A DNA stretch of 64,000 bases from Phoronis australis (Eukaryota; Animalia; Phoronida). The DNA is taken from assembly GCA_002633005.1 (NCBI GenBank), contig NMRA01000138.1, positions 431,005 through 495,004 on the forward strand, written 5' to 3'. Under the pieces are notes generated by a model. It was given only the letters and a program-made list of their open reading frames with translations. It was not told where the DNA came from and did no database searches. Position numbers and translations under genes: made by a program. Below are positions 1 through 12,628 of the stretch, one piece after another (positions within the stretch are counted from its first letter, which is position 1; each line of letters begins with the position of its first letter).

Positions 1-2392
1 ATCCCTCTCTAATTGTTTGGATTAACTCTGTCTACCTTTTTGTATCCCGGCAAAATAATACTTTTTGACCATTGGGATGGATAGTGCACAGTTTACAAAG
101 TTATGTGTCGTATTTTTATTGTTCTGTAGCGTGTTGTATCATGTTTTTCCATGTTGTTAGATATTATTGACTTTATTATTATGATTCATTGTTTATTTAC
201 ATGTAATATGAAATGTAAAAATAAGTTATGGTTTTCTCTATCTGTCTCTAGGCACTTATGAAGCTTGCAGTTATATGGGTAAAAAGTGTATTTTGTCTTC
301 TCTTCGATAGCTACAGGAGTACATTTACCCCTGGAAACGATCTTTTGTTACGATTGTTATCACTGTTGTGCAAAAATAACAACCGTTTCTAAAATATTCA
401 AGTATTCATGACGACTTTCATTAATTCATTAATTACTCACCGTCGGAATAAAAAACTACAAAATACTAGCAACAGATCATCGTTGTCTACAACGTGATTC
501 ACTACCTTTTTGAACTAATATAATTCTTTGTGTACATGTGGCACCTTAAATCATTAATATTTCTTGAGTTTAATTGGTTACAAGAGAAGTGTCAAGTGTT
601 GTCGCATGAGTGTTCGTGAGTACGCATTACGCGTTCTTATCCTCAAATGAATAAATTAAACATCACCCCGAAGATGTGAGAATTCCACTCATCACTTGGA
701 AAAATTGCGCTGGTATGAAAACAGTATCGCAACGAGTTAATTGGTTCAATGCATCCGTCCACTTCACAGCATCGATTGAGACAGGAATACCGTTTGTATA
801 AATGATAAATACACAGCACAATGAAAACGAGCCTGTCACCACTTCAGACTTACACAGGGGCTGTTTGAGAAGCATCAAAATTTAATTAAGTCGATACTTT
901 CTATTGTTGTCTTCGGAGGGGAAACTTGCTTGTTCGTATTAAATTAGTAGAGTGACGACTTTCGTCTACTTACAATATTGCGCACATGCGTAAGACTTTT
1001 AAGACGAATTCCTTGCAATGTGTTTAAGAAATTTTTCGCTTATTAAATTGCTGTTCAGAAAATCTGAGAAGGTACTTACCGACCCAGCGCCGGATTTAGG
1101 CTTTGAGGTGAGCGAGACGCTGGCGGGGATAGTCCCAGCATTTTTATTTTTTAACATGTATTGTCTACGGGCACCTGAAGCCTGAAACGTTTGCGGACTT
1201 AGACCGATGTCCGAGAAAATTTGATATGCACAGAATTCCAGTGCAAATTCATTCAGAGTTTCTGTATTAATGAATTGTTTACAAATTTAAGAAGTGGTCC
1301 TGGCATTTATCAAGGGACCCCTGGTAAAGTGGCATCAGTGATGTCATTAATTACCGCCTTGTGACTGTATTTTAAAGCGACATGATCTATGTTAAGGGTT
1401 CCCTCGATCACGACTTCAACTGTGGCTCTTATGCTGTACATGTTTTGAAACTGTATACCTTTTCCGTTAACTCAAACGGACCTGCTTTCGGATGGGTATC
1501 ACTTGCCATTCTTTTCCCGTTTTGAACATAGTAATACAATAATTCATGTTAAAGGGACCGTAAGGATCATGAAATGTATTGCCACTCTACTGCTGTTAGT
1601 GATAGACTCCTCTCGGAGGGCCCCCGTAATGCATTCAACTGGTGGGGTTTTTCTGTCTTCGAGAAAAATTGCATTCTGTCTTGTCAATGGAGTCCTTTTG
1701 GAGCGAGGCCCCGAGTGGAATTAACTGGCATTCACTCTTCTCTGTTTTTGTAATTATATTGTTACAAATTGATATCAAAGCACAAAATAATCTTCGAATG
1801 ATCACAAAAGTAACAAATATGACAATCGACATTCATATTTGCAAAAGGATTAGTAACACATCTAGGTATAATTTCATGCATCAGATAATGTCTATAATTA
1901 GACCATGATCACATGCCAAGGCAAATAGTTAGCGAGGTAAAATCACGCTTTGTGGCGACGCGTTCTTTTTACTCAAGAGGAATTCAAGTACACATGAGGT
2001 CCACCGTGCAATTTGAGAAATAAGAAAACGTGTACTGTGAAAAATACTTTGATTCTAGTTAATTTTCTAGTACGTACGCTTGTATTTGTGTAGATGGCAT
2101 ACCGTTTACACTCCAGAACTGGGTTACATAAGACTTTGAAACTTAATTATCCACTGGATACGTTTGATTGTTATATGGCGTCAACTGCCAACGCGACTCG
2201 TGGTAAGCCTACTGCAACACCATTGTTGCTATCCAGCGCATAACTTAATTTTATGCACCTGTTCCCATATTGAATTGCCATATACCCGCTTTCCGTAAAA
2301 ACTAAATTTTGCTTTAAATTGCTTTCCCCTGGTCTCAAAGTGTTCTTTACTCAAGTGAGCGCGATTTCTGTCGGTTTTGGAGTCTCTGTAGA

Positions 2393-2643
2393 TCAGTCAT
2401 GAACAACCTGTGCTGAATGAGCAGCTCGCTGGCCCTAGTGTTCCGTTAGGCTCGTGGACTCCCTATAGTGTGATACATTCACGCTCCCTGCTTGTTATGC
2501 CCCTTTTACCTGCTGTCAATGTTTCACTGTTTATTCGCTTCCTCCACGTTCATTTCACCTGTTGCCTGACGATGAGACACGTCAGTGGTCTCGAAATCTA
2601 TTTTAACTTGTTTGTTAGTCTTGGTGTTTTCCTTCATGACTGA
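2393..2643 (+). mobile_element. Small inverted-repeat-bounded element containing a hammerhead-like core (possible Penelope-like remnant)
   Basis: 11-bp inverted repeat TCAGTCATGAA (2393-2403) / TTCATGACTGA (2633-2643). Internal CTGACGA-T-GAGAC...GTCTC-GAAA at 2566-2596. Confidence 0.4.
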
Positions 2644-3044
2644 AAGCCTGAACATAGGACATCGTATAAAAACTACGTTTATGTCAACGAAGCGCTGCTA
2701 CCTAGTATTTATATTAACATTCATTTCTGGCATACCTGACTAGTAACACACAAAAACTGATTACTAGAACAGTAACAGACTTTTAATTCTAGGATCACTG
2801 AACTCCCAACCCGCCATCATTTACTGGGTGTGTGAAAAATAAAATTCCGGCAGACACGCCCGGCTTACTACAGCTGTCATTGTGACGCCGGTTAATTTCC
2901 TGCCTCCAGAAGTCCTCCCGGCAAAATTTTGGAACACTGAGATATTATTTACTTGTTCAACACAAGCATTATGTTGAACGTGTGCTGCCATGATATGTGA
3001 CTATCGAATTTACAAGGACCCCGGCAAAGAAGCGAAACGAGAAC

Positions 3045-3205
3045 CAGGGGCGGATCCAGGATTTTGAGTTAGGGGGGGCCATGGTAGAATATTAGCCAGG
3101 ATTTCATTGCCCGTCAGACATTCGCACGTGACCTCCGCAATACCAAATGGAATCTGGGAAAATTTTAGGGCCATGCCCCCTCCCCCCACGTTAAATCCGC
3201 CACTG
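3045..3205. mobile_element. Short GC-rich MITE-like element
   Basis: Imperfect terminal inverted repeats CAGGGGCGGAT... / ...ATCCGCCACTG. No clear TSD. Confidence 0.5.
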
Positions 3206-3408
3206 TGAACCTATTTAAATAACAACTTCAGTTTCCCTGCGTTCTATGTCAGTGACCTATTTCTAGACGGGAACACTGATTCTTTCCAGAAAGGCATCCC
3301 GGCGATGTAGGCTTACGATACAAAACCGCCCCAATTTATACAATGACGTCACAACGGCTTTTCATAACGATGTACTAGTACAACGTTAAACCAATGCGTG
3401 GCAGCTTG

Positions 3409-3494
3409 CTCGCGATAGCTCAGCGGTAGAGCGGAGGACTGTAGATGGTTACGTAGTGATCCTTAGGTCGATGGTTCAAATCCGTCTCGCGAGA
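3409..3494 (+). tRNA. trnY-GTA: tRNA-Tyr(GTA) with 14-nt intron (3445-3458)
   Basis: Acceptor stem CTCGCGA/TCGCGAG; D-arm TAGCTCAGCGGTAGAGC; anticodon arm GAGGA-CT-GTA-G[intron]A-TCCTT; T-arm GATGG-TTCAAAT-CCGTC; discriminator A3494. The intron sits after position 37, as is canonical for eukaryotic tRNA-Tyr. Confidence 0.96.
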
Positions 3495-3496
3495 GC

Positions 3497-3504
3497 TTTT
3501 TTTT
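3497..3504 (+). terminator. RNA polymerase III terminator (T8)
   Basis: Run of 8 T starting 3 nt after the tRNA-Tyr discriminator base. Confidence 0.85.
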
Positions 3505-3850
3505 ACACTAACGAACTCTTACTTCATTCAAACTGAAATATCAGTGTAAGCAGATTATTAATAGGCCAATCTTATAAATATCATTAGTGCAAGATTAGTA
3601 GCCAAATTCCCATGGGAGTTGGGAAGAAAAATGAGGAAAGCCGGATTTTGCTGAAAACTCCTGTGTTGTACCTTCCCCCAAAATGTCTACCTCCTTGTTT
3701 GCTAGAATTTTGGGGTCAAGGGTATCCACTGGGGTCAAAATGGTGCCTTTTGGGGCAGGTGACCATGCTTGACCTACTGCAACGAGTTCATCTACTTTTT
3801 AAATTTCACCCAATCTACATCACAATAATTGACACTCTCTGCCCACAGAA

Positions 3851-4057
3851 CGAGCCCCCCATTTGGCGAAGTGGGTAAAAAGGTCCGCCTCGGAGAAACA
3901 AATGTCCGACCAAAAGTCCACTAAAAAGGCGCAGACGCACAGTTCCTAGACCTGAAGGTGATACCCCGTTTTTTTTGTCCTCCCGCTTTTTTGTTAGCAA
4001 AACGTCCACTTTGTCAGAAATTCGAGCCCTCCATATTAAAGGCTGGGTGCGCACATG
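3851..4057 (-). mobile_element. MITE-family copy (same family as 16705-16940)
   Basis: The reverse complement aligns by eye along its length with 16705-16940 (CATG.GCGCAC.CAGCCTT...GGGCTCGAATT...TTTTGCTAACAAAA...GGCGGACCTTTTT.CCCACTTC). Confidence 0.7.
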
Positions 4058-7000
4058 TTCTGCATTGCTACTGTGATGAGAAGACATGCAAATTGTGATG
4101 ATATAACAAAAACATGTTGCGTATACTACAAATAACACTTTTTGTTGTTAAATGTGCATTAAAATGGGAAAGTGACTCTAATCAATTAATTAATTAATTA
4201 ATTAATTAAGGAATTTTTAGTTAAACTGTTAATTAAATTTCCTTAACTCTTCATGTGTTTGGTTTACAACGGCACTTGTAAATGTTGATTTGCTTTAATT
4301 CAGCATTGGCAATGGTTATAATTAAGCATGCATGAGAATCAATAATTGACAATATTTAGTTAAAAATTCGTTACGTAAAATGCAAGTAAAATATTATACA
4401 TTGCAGTACATTTCTCGTAATTAGTAAAAGGTTCGCATAATACTAATCTCTTTTCGTCAGCGGGTTGCATAAAATTCTGACTTCAACTTTTACATCTCAA
4501 TTTCCTGATCAAGAAGGCCGAATATGAAACCCACAGTAATGCCGTAACAGCGGTGGCAGACGGTCATAGCCTGGCGACTGCATTGAAATAATGAATGCAG
4601 TAACAGATCAAGAAGGACGAGGCGTGATTTATAACTCCTTGCTGACAAGATTCGAAGGTCGACAACCACCTTCATGAGACAAAATGACGAACTGACTGCA
4701 TCACAACCCTGTGACTCTAAGTCCAAAAGAAACCGTTGCTATACTTAAAAAGCACAGTAGTCTCGATGAAGGGGTTGATGCATGGTTCTTGTCGAAATTG
4801 AGACTACTCCCTTGATTATGACTACAAAGGGTCATCCTTGGGTAAAGACTCTAGGGGCACACGAACGGAAGATGGTATCAAGCTTTGAAAAATAATAATC
4901 GTTTACTGGTTCCCCTAATTAATTTTATATGACAGCGTCTGAGTGTTGTTTATAGGCAGCATACGTACTCGGTACCAAGGGAGAATCAAAACGAGGCAGT
5001 TTTTTTATCTTGTCACTGTCTTTTTTGCATGCACTTAGAGACTTAGAGAAGACAGAGGGGACATGTGCCTGCATGAAAAGGTCCCAAATAGGGACTCAAC
5101 TAAGTTCCGCGTGTTCGTGTCTTTGTTAACTAAAATGTGATGTTTTTCTATCAATTTGTCTTTATTATGAACTTCTCTTTGACTAATGACATTTTTAGTA
5201 ACACATCTAAAAATTGGCCCCTTATTTTAATGAGATAAGTTGGGTTCTAGTCCTTGGTTAGGGGCGTTGCATAAAAAGGTCCCTCTCCGTGTGTAACAAA
5301 GCTTAAATTCGACTTAGTAATGTAAATAAAACAACAATGATTTCCACAAGTTCACAATTGTGGTGAAAAGTTAGGGAACATAAGTGAGTCCTTTACTGGG
5401 AATTTTTTTAACTTGAAAATCAGAATTTTGCGGGAGCGCCGTGGTAGCTGTCGACGTACGGACCTTCATTCAAAAGACGACAGAAACGCAATCGTAATTT
5501 TCATCAGTTGGTGTAATTAAATGTGTAATTACGTGTATTTAACGTAATGCCTAATAACAGTCATTATGAAAGTCCCCGAGAATTGAAGCTCAGAGCTGAG
5601 TACCATTAAAGCAAGACTGACGCGAAAGAAGATATGATCACGTACTTTTCTTGACATACATGGCGATATCTCGCGAATTCTTGCGTGATTTTGTGTTTTC
5701 TTGAGGTTTTCGAGTCTAAGGAATGCACGCCAGATTTAACTTATTGGTCCTTAACAAATGAATCACACAAATGAATGACACAAATGATAGGATATTCATT
5801 CTCCATGATGTTACTTTGATGTGAACTCGTGTCGTATCAAGGTTTCTCTGGGCTCCTAATCCTCCTGTCGAGGAGCCCCTCTGTCGACGAGGCGGGAACC
5901 TAATGTGTATAGTCAGAATTTGCAGCATGGTTACAGTACTTTATTGTAAAATCCAGTTTAGAGTTAAATTTGACCCTGGAAACGAATCGGGTGATTTCTG
6001 AACGTCAAAGTTGACCGCTGGTGTCTAGATGTTAATGTCGTGGAAATGTGACACGTGTTGGGTCATTTCTCAAAAGACAAATAATAATTTGAAAAATCGC
6101 CCGGACAGTGAAACAGCAGTCCATTCTCGCATGAAAAACATTTTACACTTTTGCATTTCTTATAGGAACTTTGACAGAGGCGAAACATCTGGGGTACGCC
6201 TATGGTGTTTTAGGGCAAATCGTTAACTTATTAATATTAATGTTAAATATGTCAGGGTGAAAATCTTGATTATTTGCATAGCAACTGCCGAGACGACAAC
6301 TTGTTTGGAGTAGTGACCGGGAGAGGAGGTTTGCTTTTTAAAGCCACTGTCTGGAAAGCTAGAGACTGCCGGGTAGAGCATATGGTAAACGAGAACTCCT
6401 GAAGCCAGTAAAAAACAGCTCCCCCTCTAATGACATTCTAAAGGGACAGGGGGCAGTTGGACCGCCACGGGTCTCCCTCAATCCTCATTAAGTGAACACT
6501 TCGGCAGCACATTTCTAACGAGCTGACCAGTAATATTTTTCCCGAGTCAAATTTAGCCCCCGTTCAAAACGGCTGAGTCACACATGTACTGTTTCCAAAA
6601 CTTGTTTTATAATACTGCCCAGTACATGCAACTTTGCCGAGCAAAAGAATTGTGGGAAATTTGCTTTATTGTAACGAAATGGTTTGTACACATGGCAATA
6701 GGCCCAACGTACAACATACAGGTACATGCTATGCACATTAATCAGCAACGAACTAAATGTTCTCCATTTTGTAGGCACAGTATTTTACACCTGAGATGTC
6801 AGGTTTACTTAAAGTTTATAAAATTTAAACAGAGAAAAGTTTGTCCTCATGTCCTGACATAAAAAGTTAGCTCTGATTTCAAAGTATACGTCACAAACTA
6901 ACAAAAAATCTTCGACTTATGTCCGCGAGCACAATACACACTCTGTCATTACAGTCTACTTATGACAAAATACTGGCGGGCCAGTTACCACTACCAGCAT

Positions 7001-10000
7001 GTAGTTCGTACAGCGAAAGCGTGTAAAACATTGCACAAACTTGGAGGACAATATATTTCTAAATAGTTTTCGAGTTTAAATAATGCTTTAACAATTTATA
7101 ATGGTTTAACTTAAAATTGGAATCAATATTGGCGTGCTTTTATAAACAGTATAGGTTGTCAATGTGTACATACCTGGTTGTTGCGACCACCTTGTTTCCA
7201 ATAAACCTAAGCACGAATTACGCCGAGTCGAAGCAGCGACGTCTTATACTAACAATAAGATCACGTGACCAAGTCCAAACGCGAAGCAAACTCCCATCTC
7301 CAATGAGATCTTGTGCAAACGCTCATGAATATTTAACAGAACTAAGTTCATCCATTGCCATCAATTCATTGAATGAAGCAATAATTTACAAATGACACGA
7401 GTAAATACGCAATGCCGCATCATTCACCATAAAAAATTGACAGGTTTTATTTGGACCACTTTGTCCCGGGCTATGGAAGAACTGTCTTGAAAGTTTGCTA
7501 TTCCAAGCCGCAAAAACCATCTCATGAGGAATTCGTTACGCAAACTCAGTTTTATCAAGCGATGCACATACCTCGAGTTACTAGTACCAGACTATCGTAT
7601 GAAGCGATTGACGACAATTCAGCTTTTTACGAGACTATGAGGACTCCTTCGGTGAAAATAAAAGTAGCCGGGAGTCGAGAGAAACCAGGTATTTAAAAAG
7701 AATCTTGAATTTACAGTCTGGATTAGACGGTTGATTAAAAACAACGTACGCGAAACGAAATTTAAAGATTTGCAAAGTGAATGGTTAAGAAAAAGATTTT
7801 TTCTTACAGTAATGTTAGAGAAACAATAAGTTAACTCACCGATAACTTGCAAAGCCTCAGCTCTGAACAATCTTTATTGTGCGGATTTGATCGAAATGAA
7901 CTTAATTGACCCCATATAAAGTAAGGCATATGTCTGTCCTGTCACGTTACTTCCGATTCGATTATGACCTCGTTTTCATCTCCTCCCCGTTTACCGACGA
8001 CTTCCGGTTACACGTATGACCTCACAAAAAGTTGAGTTAGCGATTGGGAGAGAGTGAAACAAACTTTATTGTTCAATCATATAAAACATACATTGTTATA
8101 TGACAGGGTGCCTAGCATAGGCACGGGCCGCTAAAAGTTGACCACTAAGTAACAATATATTAAATAGATAATAACAATTAAGAAGAACAACAAAGCTAAC
8201 AACAAAAAGTACATGAAAAGTGAAATAATTTACAATGTAAGATTATTTAAAAACGTAAATTAAATGTGTTTTACAATGATTTGTACACAGGGACTATGGA
8301 TACAAGGGAAACCGCATGCTTAAAAACATGTCTGATGTAAGATAAGTGATCAAGGTTACTTCAATGAGAACATGCATAACAATATAAAACGTACCGAGTG
8401 CTTAATATGTATCTTTTAAATAGATGGTCGATTTTCAATCCTTCCCTTGAAGAAATCAATGAAGTCCATGGAGTCTCTGGTTTTGTCATGTGTGTACACT
8501 AAGAAAACTAACCTTTGGTATTAAGAACAAAACAAAGCAAGAAGTACCACCTCAAAACATGAACCAAAACAATGGTCAAAGATAGCGCTGTATGGATGCT
8601 TTAAAGGGTCCTGATCGTTTCACTGATCGAAAAGCCCACGTTGGCGATTATTTACGAGTAGGGTAGACTTTTATTAGCTATGACCAGATTTATAAAACAG
8701 CAACATATGTTATGCTTTTGTGACTAAAATCGTAGAATCACGAAATTAAGGCGTCTCTTTTTCATGGAATTTCCAAAAAGTGGGTACCCTGTTTTCGAGT
8801 GCACTCTTTAAATGGGTTAATATCACACCAGAGCTAAAACAATAAAGGCCCTATGACGGTACGCCATCTATTGGCTAGCATTTTGCCAGTGAAGTTATAA
8901 AAAATTCACCAGTAGATCGTCACGATGTTAACTCACAGTTACTTCAACTTTTACTTTTATTAAACTCTCTTTATTAAGTTAAAGCAAACATGAGAATGTA
9001 CAAACTGGATCTAATGTCAGTGCAACTATCAATCAGCATCAGACTTGAAGCACAAAGTCGCTCAGTTTGGTTGTAGAATATAAGGCCATTCTTAGGATGG
9101 CACTCGATATTTTTGAGTCAGGGTTGAATTTAAATCCCCACTTTACAAAATTGGTCCTTGTTGGGTTGGCTGGGGATTTTAAGTTTTTTGCTGCATGTGA
9201 GGTCTGCGATTTTTGATTGTGTTCTGATTGAAAGATTGTCAGTTAACCCCTTTGACCAACTTTTTGCTCAGTCGTGTCTTTTTAATATCTTTAGTGCGTG
9301 CAGGCCTGAAGTTAAATTTACCAGAAATCTGCCTGGTCAGCATTTACTTTTCACTTGATTTCTGTAATCTGGTTTTTACATTCTGAATGCACTGTCTCTA
9401 AGTTCGTAGTAATCGCGAAAAGATAGCTTTGGGGTAAAAAATTGCTGATTTAGTGTTTTTTGTTCATTTTATAAGTACCCAGCTGCATTTACAGTCGTAA
9501 AAGATGGAAAACTGACTTTGGAATCAGTTACAATAGATTTAGTTTGTGAAAGGTTTCTGATCTCGTCGGTCCAGCATGCTGTTCATATTTCCAGGTTTCG
9601 TACACACTATGGAACAGAGTGTTGGAACTGTCAAGACATGGTTTTTCACTGAAACTCCAATCAGCGAAAACTGTTGAGTGACACCTAGCATAGAAATCAT
9701 GAATATCAATTTCTCTGCAAAACTGGGCTTTAACAGCGCCAGTGCTCGTTCATATTCCAGTTTCTGGGACCAAGTTCATGTACCAAATTCATCGGTTAAA
9801 AACAATTTTCCAATGTATAATTGTATACTTAGCTTAAATCATCATCTATGCCATGAACGAGCTTTTAGGGATTCAGTCTAACTAAAATGATAAGAATTGT
9901 TCTCACAGTAGACGAGATACATTGAAAACAAAAGATGTTCGCAGATGATCAGCTGAGGATTTTCACCGTCATATCGGGACCGTCATCTTTCGTGCGTCCC

Positions 10001-10222
10001 TAACTTCTTTTCTCGTTTTTCTGTTGTCTAATAATTGATCTAGTGGATGCAAGGATGTATCCAAAGCTACTTTGTTGGTTTCGTCCAGCTGCAAAGCTAG
10101 GAATCGCGCTGGAAAGCGATGCCATCATTCAGTCCTGACCACTAAAATTTTATTAAACTTATTCCATTCTAGAATGCTCGGTCCGAAACTTTTTGTAATT
10201 CCAGGCCTGCATGCTGTGTCAG

Positions 10223-10457
10223 GAGCCCGTTCCAAGAAAAGTGACTTAACTAGGACAAATTTTAAATTCCAGTCAATTTTAAGATAAAACTCGACTTTTT
10301 CAAGTCCATTTCGGAAAAGAGATCTTAAGTTTTTTACTTAATTTTTGTCTCAATTTTGACTAATTTACCGGATGTGGAAGTTTCAAAGTTTGGAAGTTGA
10401 GACAAGTCCTAGACTTAAGCCAAATATGAACTTAAGTCAGTTTCTTGGAACGGGTCC
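10223..10457. mobile_element. MITE, PIF/Harbinger-like (CWG flanks)
   Basis: TIR GAGCCCGTTCCAAGAAA / TTTCTTGGAACGGGTCC, flanked by CAG and CTG. Confidence 0.7.
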
Positions 10458-12628
10458 CTGGCATACACGTGAGTGACTTTCACCTTGTCCTTAATGTTAC
10501 AGAAGAGTGCCGTGCTACTCACACGACGTGTCCAGTGTAACACGACGAATCCGGCCGTATGAATATTTGAGGTAGGCCAGGTTTGGCAATTGTTTTGAGG
10601 TGGCATTACTAGTAAGTTTGCTTCTGTCTGATGTTAGAAATGAGAGAAGTCCATTAATTCGGATGTAGATACATTTTTCTTCAAGGTGGCCGCCCCCTTA
10701 TAGCAATGTTGCATTTCTAAGTAGCGACTGAGAAATCTTTGGTTTCAGGTAACCCTCAAACAACCCAAAATTGCACAAAAATAGTAGGATGGTAACATTT
10801 TTTAAATAACGTTTTTGGAGTCTATAAAAACTGCTTTCATGACCTAGTGTTGGCTCGTGTTTAGCATTCGCGAGGCTTGCGGGTGTTACATTTGCATTTT
10901 TGTCACCTTTTAGGTGAAAGAACTCACAAGTTTTCAGTTTGTTTATAGTTTTCGACAGAGTGGAAGAATGGCAACAAGTCCAGTGCCGTGTGCACTTCCA
11001 GGCAAAACAAGTCCAGTGACGTGTGGACTGACGGGCAAAACCTAGTGAGAACTGCACAGTGCCTCCAAACGAGTCTCATACTACAGACTGGTCATGTATT
11101 ACGAACGATTAAAAGAAACACAATCGAATAATAGTCTTTTACTTGTACCACTCCATGATCTTTTTAACAAGGAAAAGTCAGTAGTTGACTTGAGAGAGCA
11201 ACGTACGTGACAGACGGTTCTGATAAAGGGCCTATTACCATAGCGTCCATGGCCTATCATCGTAAAGCGCCCATGGGCACATTTTAGGAAAAAAGGGACA
11301 AATTGAGCTCATCAGTGCATTTTCGAGGAACAGGAAGTAACTTGAAGAAACTGTTGTTCCGAAACAGAGTTCGGGTCGCTTTTTTGAAAAAAAAAATGAA
11401 ATATCATTGTCGCCAAGGGCGCTTTTCGGTTTTTCCCGGCATGAACAAAGAAAGCCATGCAAACCACGAGGCAATGGCAACTTTGTCGACGCGAGATGGT
11501 CAGAAATTCATTTCCATGATTTCTGTTAGAAAGTTTTTGCAGTAAAATCACGCAAATAAAAAGCGAGTGGTATTACGCGAGTATTCCCGAGAGCTTACTT
11601 TCCTACCCTGTCAAAATGGTGGTCACAAAGTGATTTATCAGCAAGTTTGGACTGCTGAATTGTGGGATTGCATTCGCTGTTTCCGTTCCATGGGTGAATA
11701 CTTTTCGCCACATGTGCAAGCTAATGTCTTGCGGTGTACGCAACTCAGTCCAGGTTATTTGTGCACCTGATTTCACGGCAGCAACCCGGTGCTGAGTCAT
11801 CTTGACATGACTGAGAATGTAACTATTTTGCATACGACATGGCATCAGGGGACACGCGTAAACGACATTTGAAAGAAGATTTCCGGTAGTGGAGTTGTAA
11901 GTGGGACATTTCTAAACCTTTTGCGAGATTAAGAAGACATGAAGTATTTTGTAACCCTTCCCGTGGCGTCATGGTGGTTGCACAGCCTGAGGTTTGTTGG
12001 ACCTTATAAGCTAGGATATGCATGGTCGTTTTGGTGATACCTTTCTGCTAACTTTGGAAAACCGCGAGTGGTCTGGCCACTACGTAATTTGGTGAGACAT
12101 GTGTATGGAACAAAGGATAGTCATATTATGACCCAGTTAGTTTTTGTAACAACAAGTCACAATCAATTTGACTTTTCTAAACTGGTTCCCAGACGCCAGC
12201 ACGTGTGGGAGCAACTGATATCTTACTGGAAGACGGGAGTCGGCAATATCGGATGTCACGTGATACACTGTTGAGTTCAGGTAATAATTTCCAGTCGTTT
12301 TCCCCAAAATTGTGCTTCGCGTTCATATTATACGATGTTTCTTTGAGTGGCACCAACAATTATGTAAATTTAAAAAGGATTGTCAATTTTCCACAAAACC
12401 ATTCCGTTTTCCATCGTATTTATTTCAACTGAACTACGAGGTGCGAACAAAGTTATTTGACACCAAGCCATACGCACGAAACGGTCAAAACTAATGAGAC
12501 ATCCATGTCCATGTTTATCACTTTAACAAAACACATTCAAGAACATTGATGAAACAGCAAACAAAATGAATAACACGACGTTAGCAGAGTAGAGGAAGAA
12601 CGAAGACATTTTAGCATTCTCTGACAAT

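Noticed and set aside
8060-9900. Possible degraded LINE fragments on the minus strand
   Set aside because: AATAAA-type tails and vague peptide hints only. No diagnostic RT/EN motif or TSD could be established by eye.
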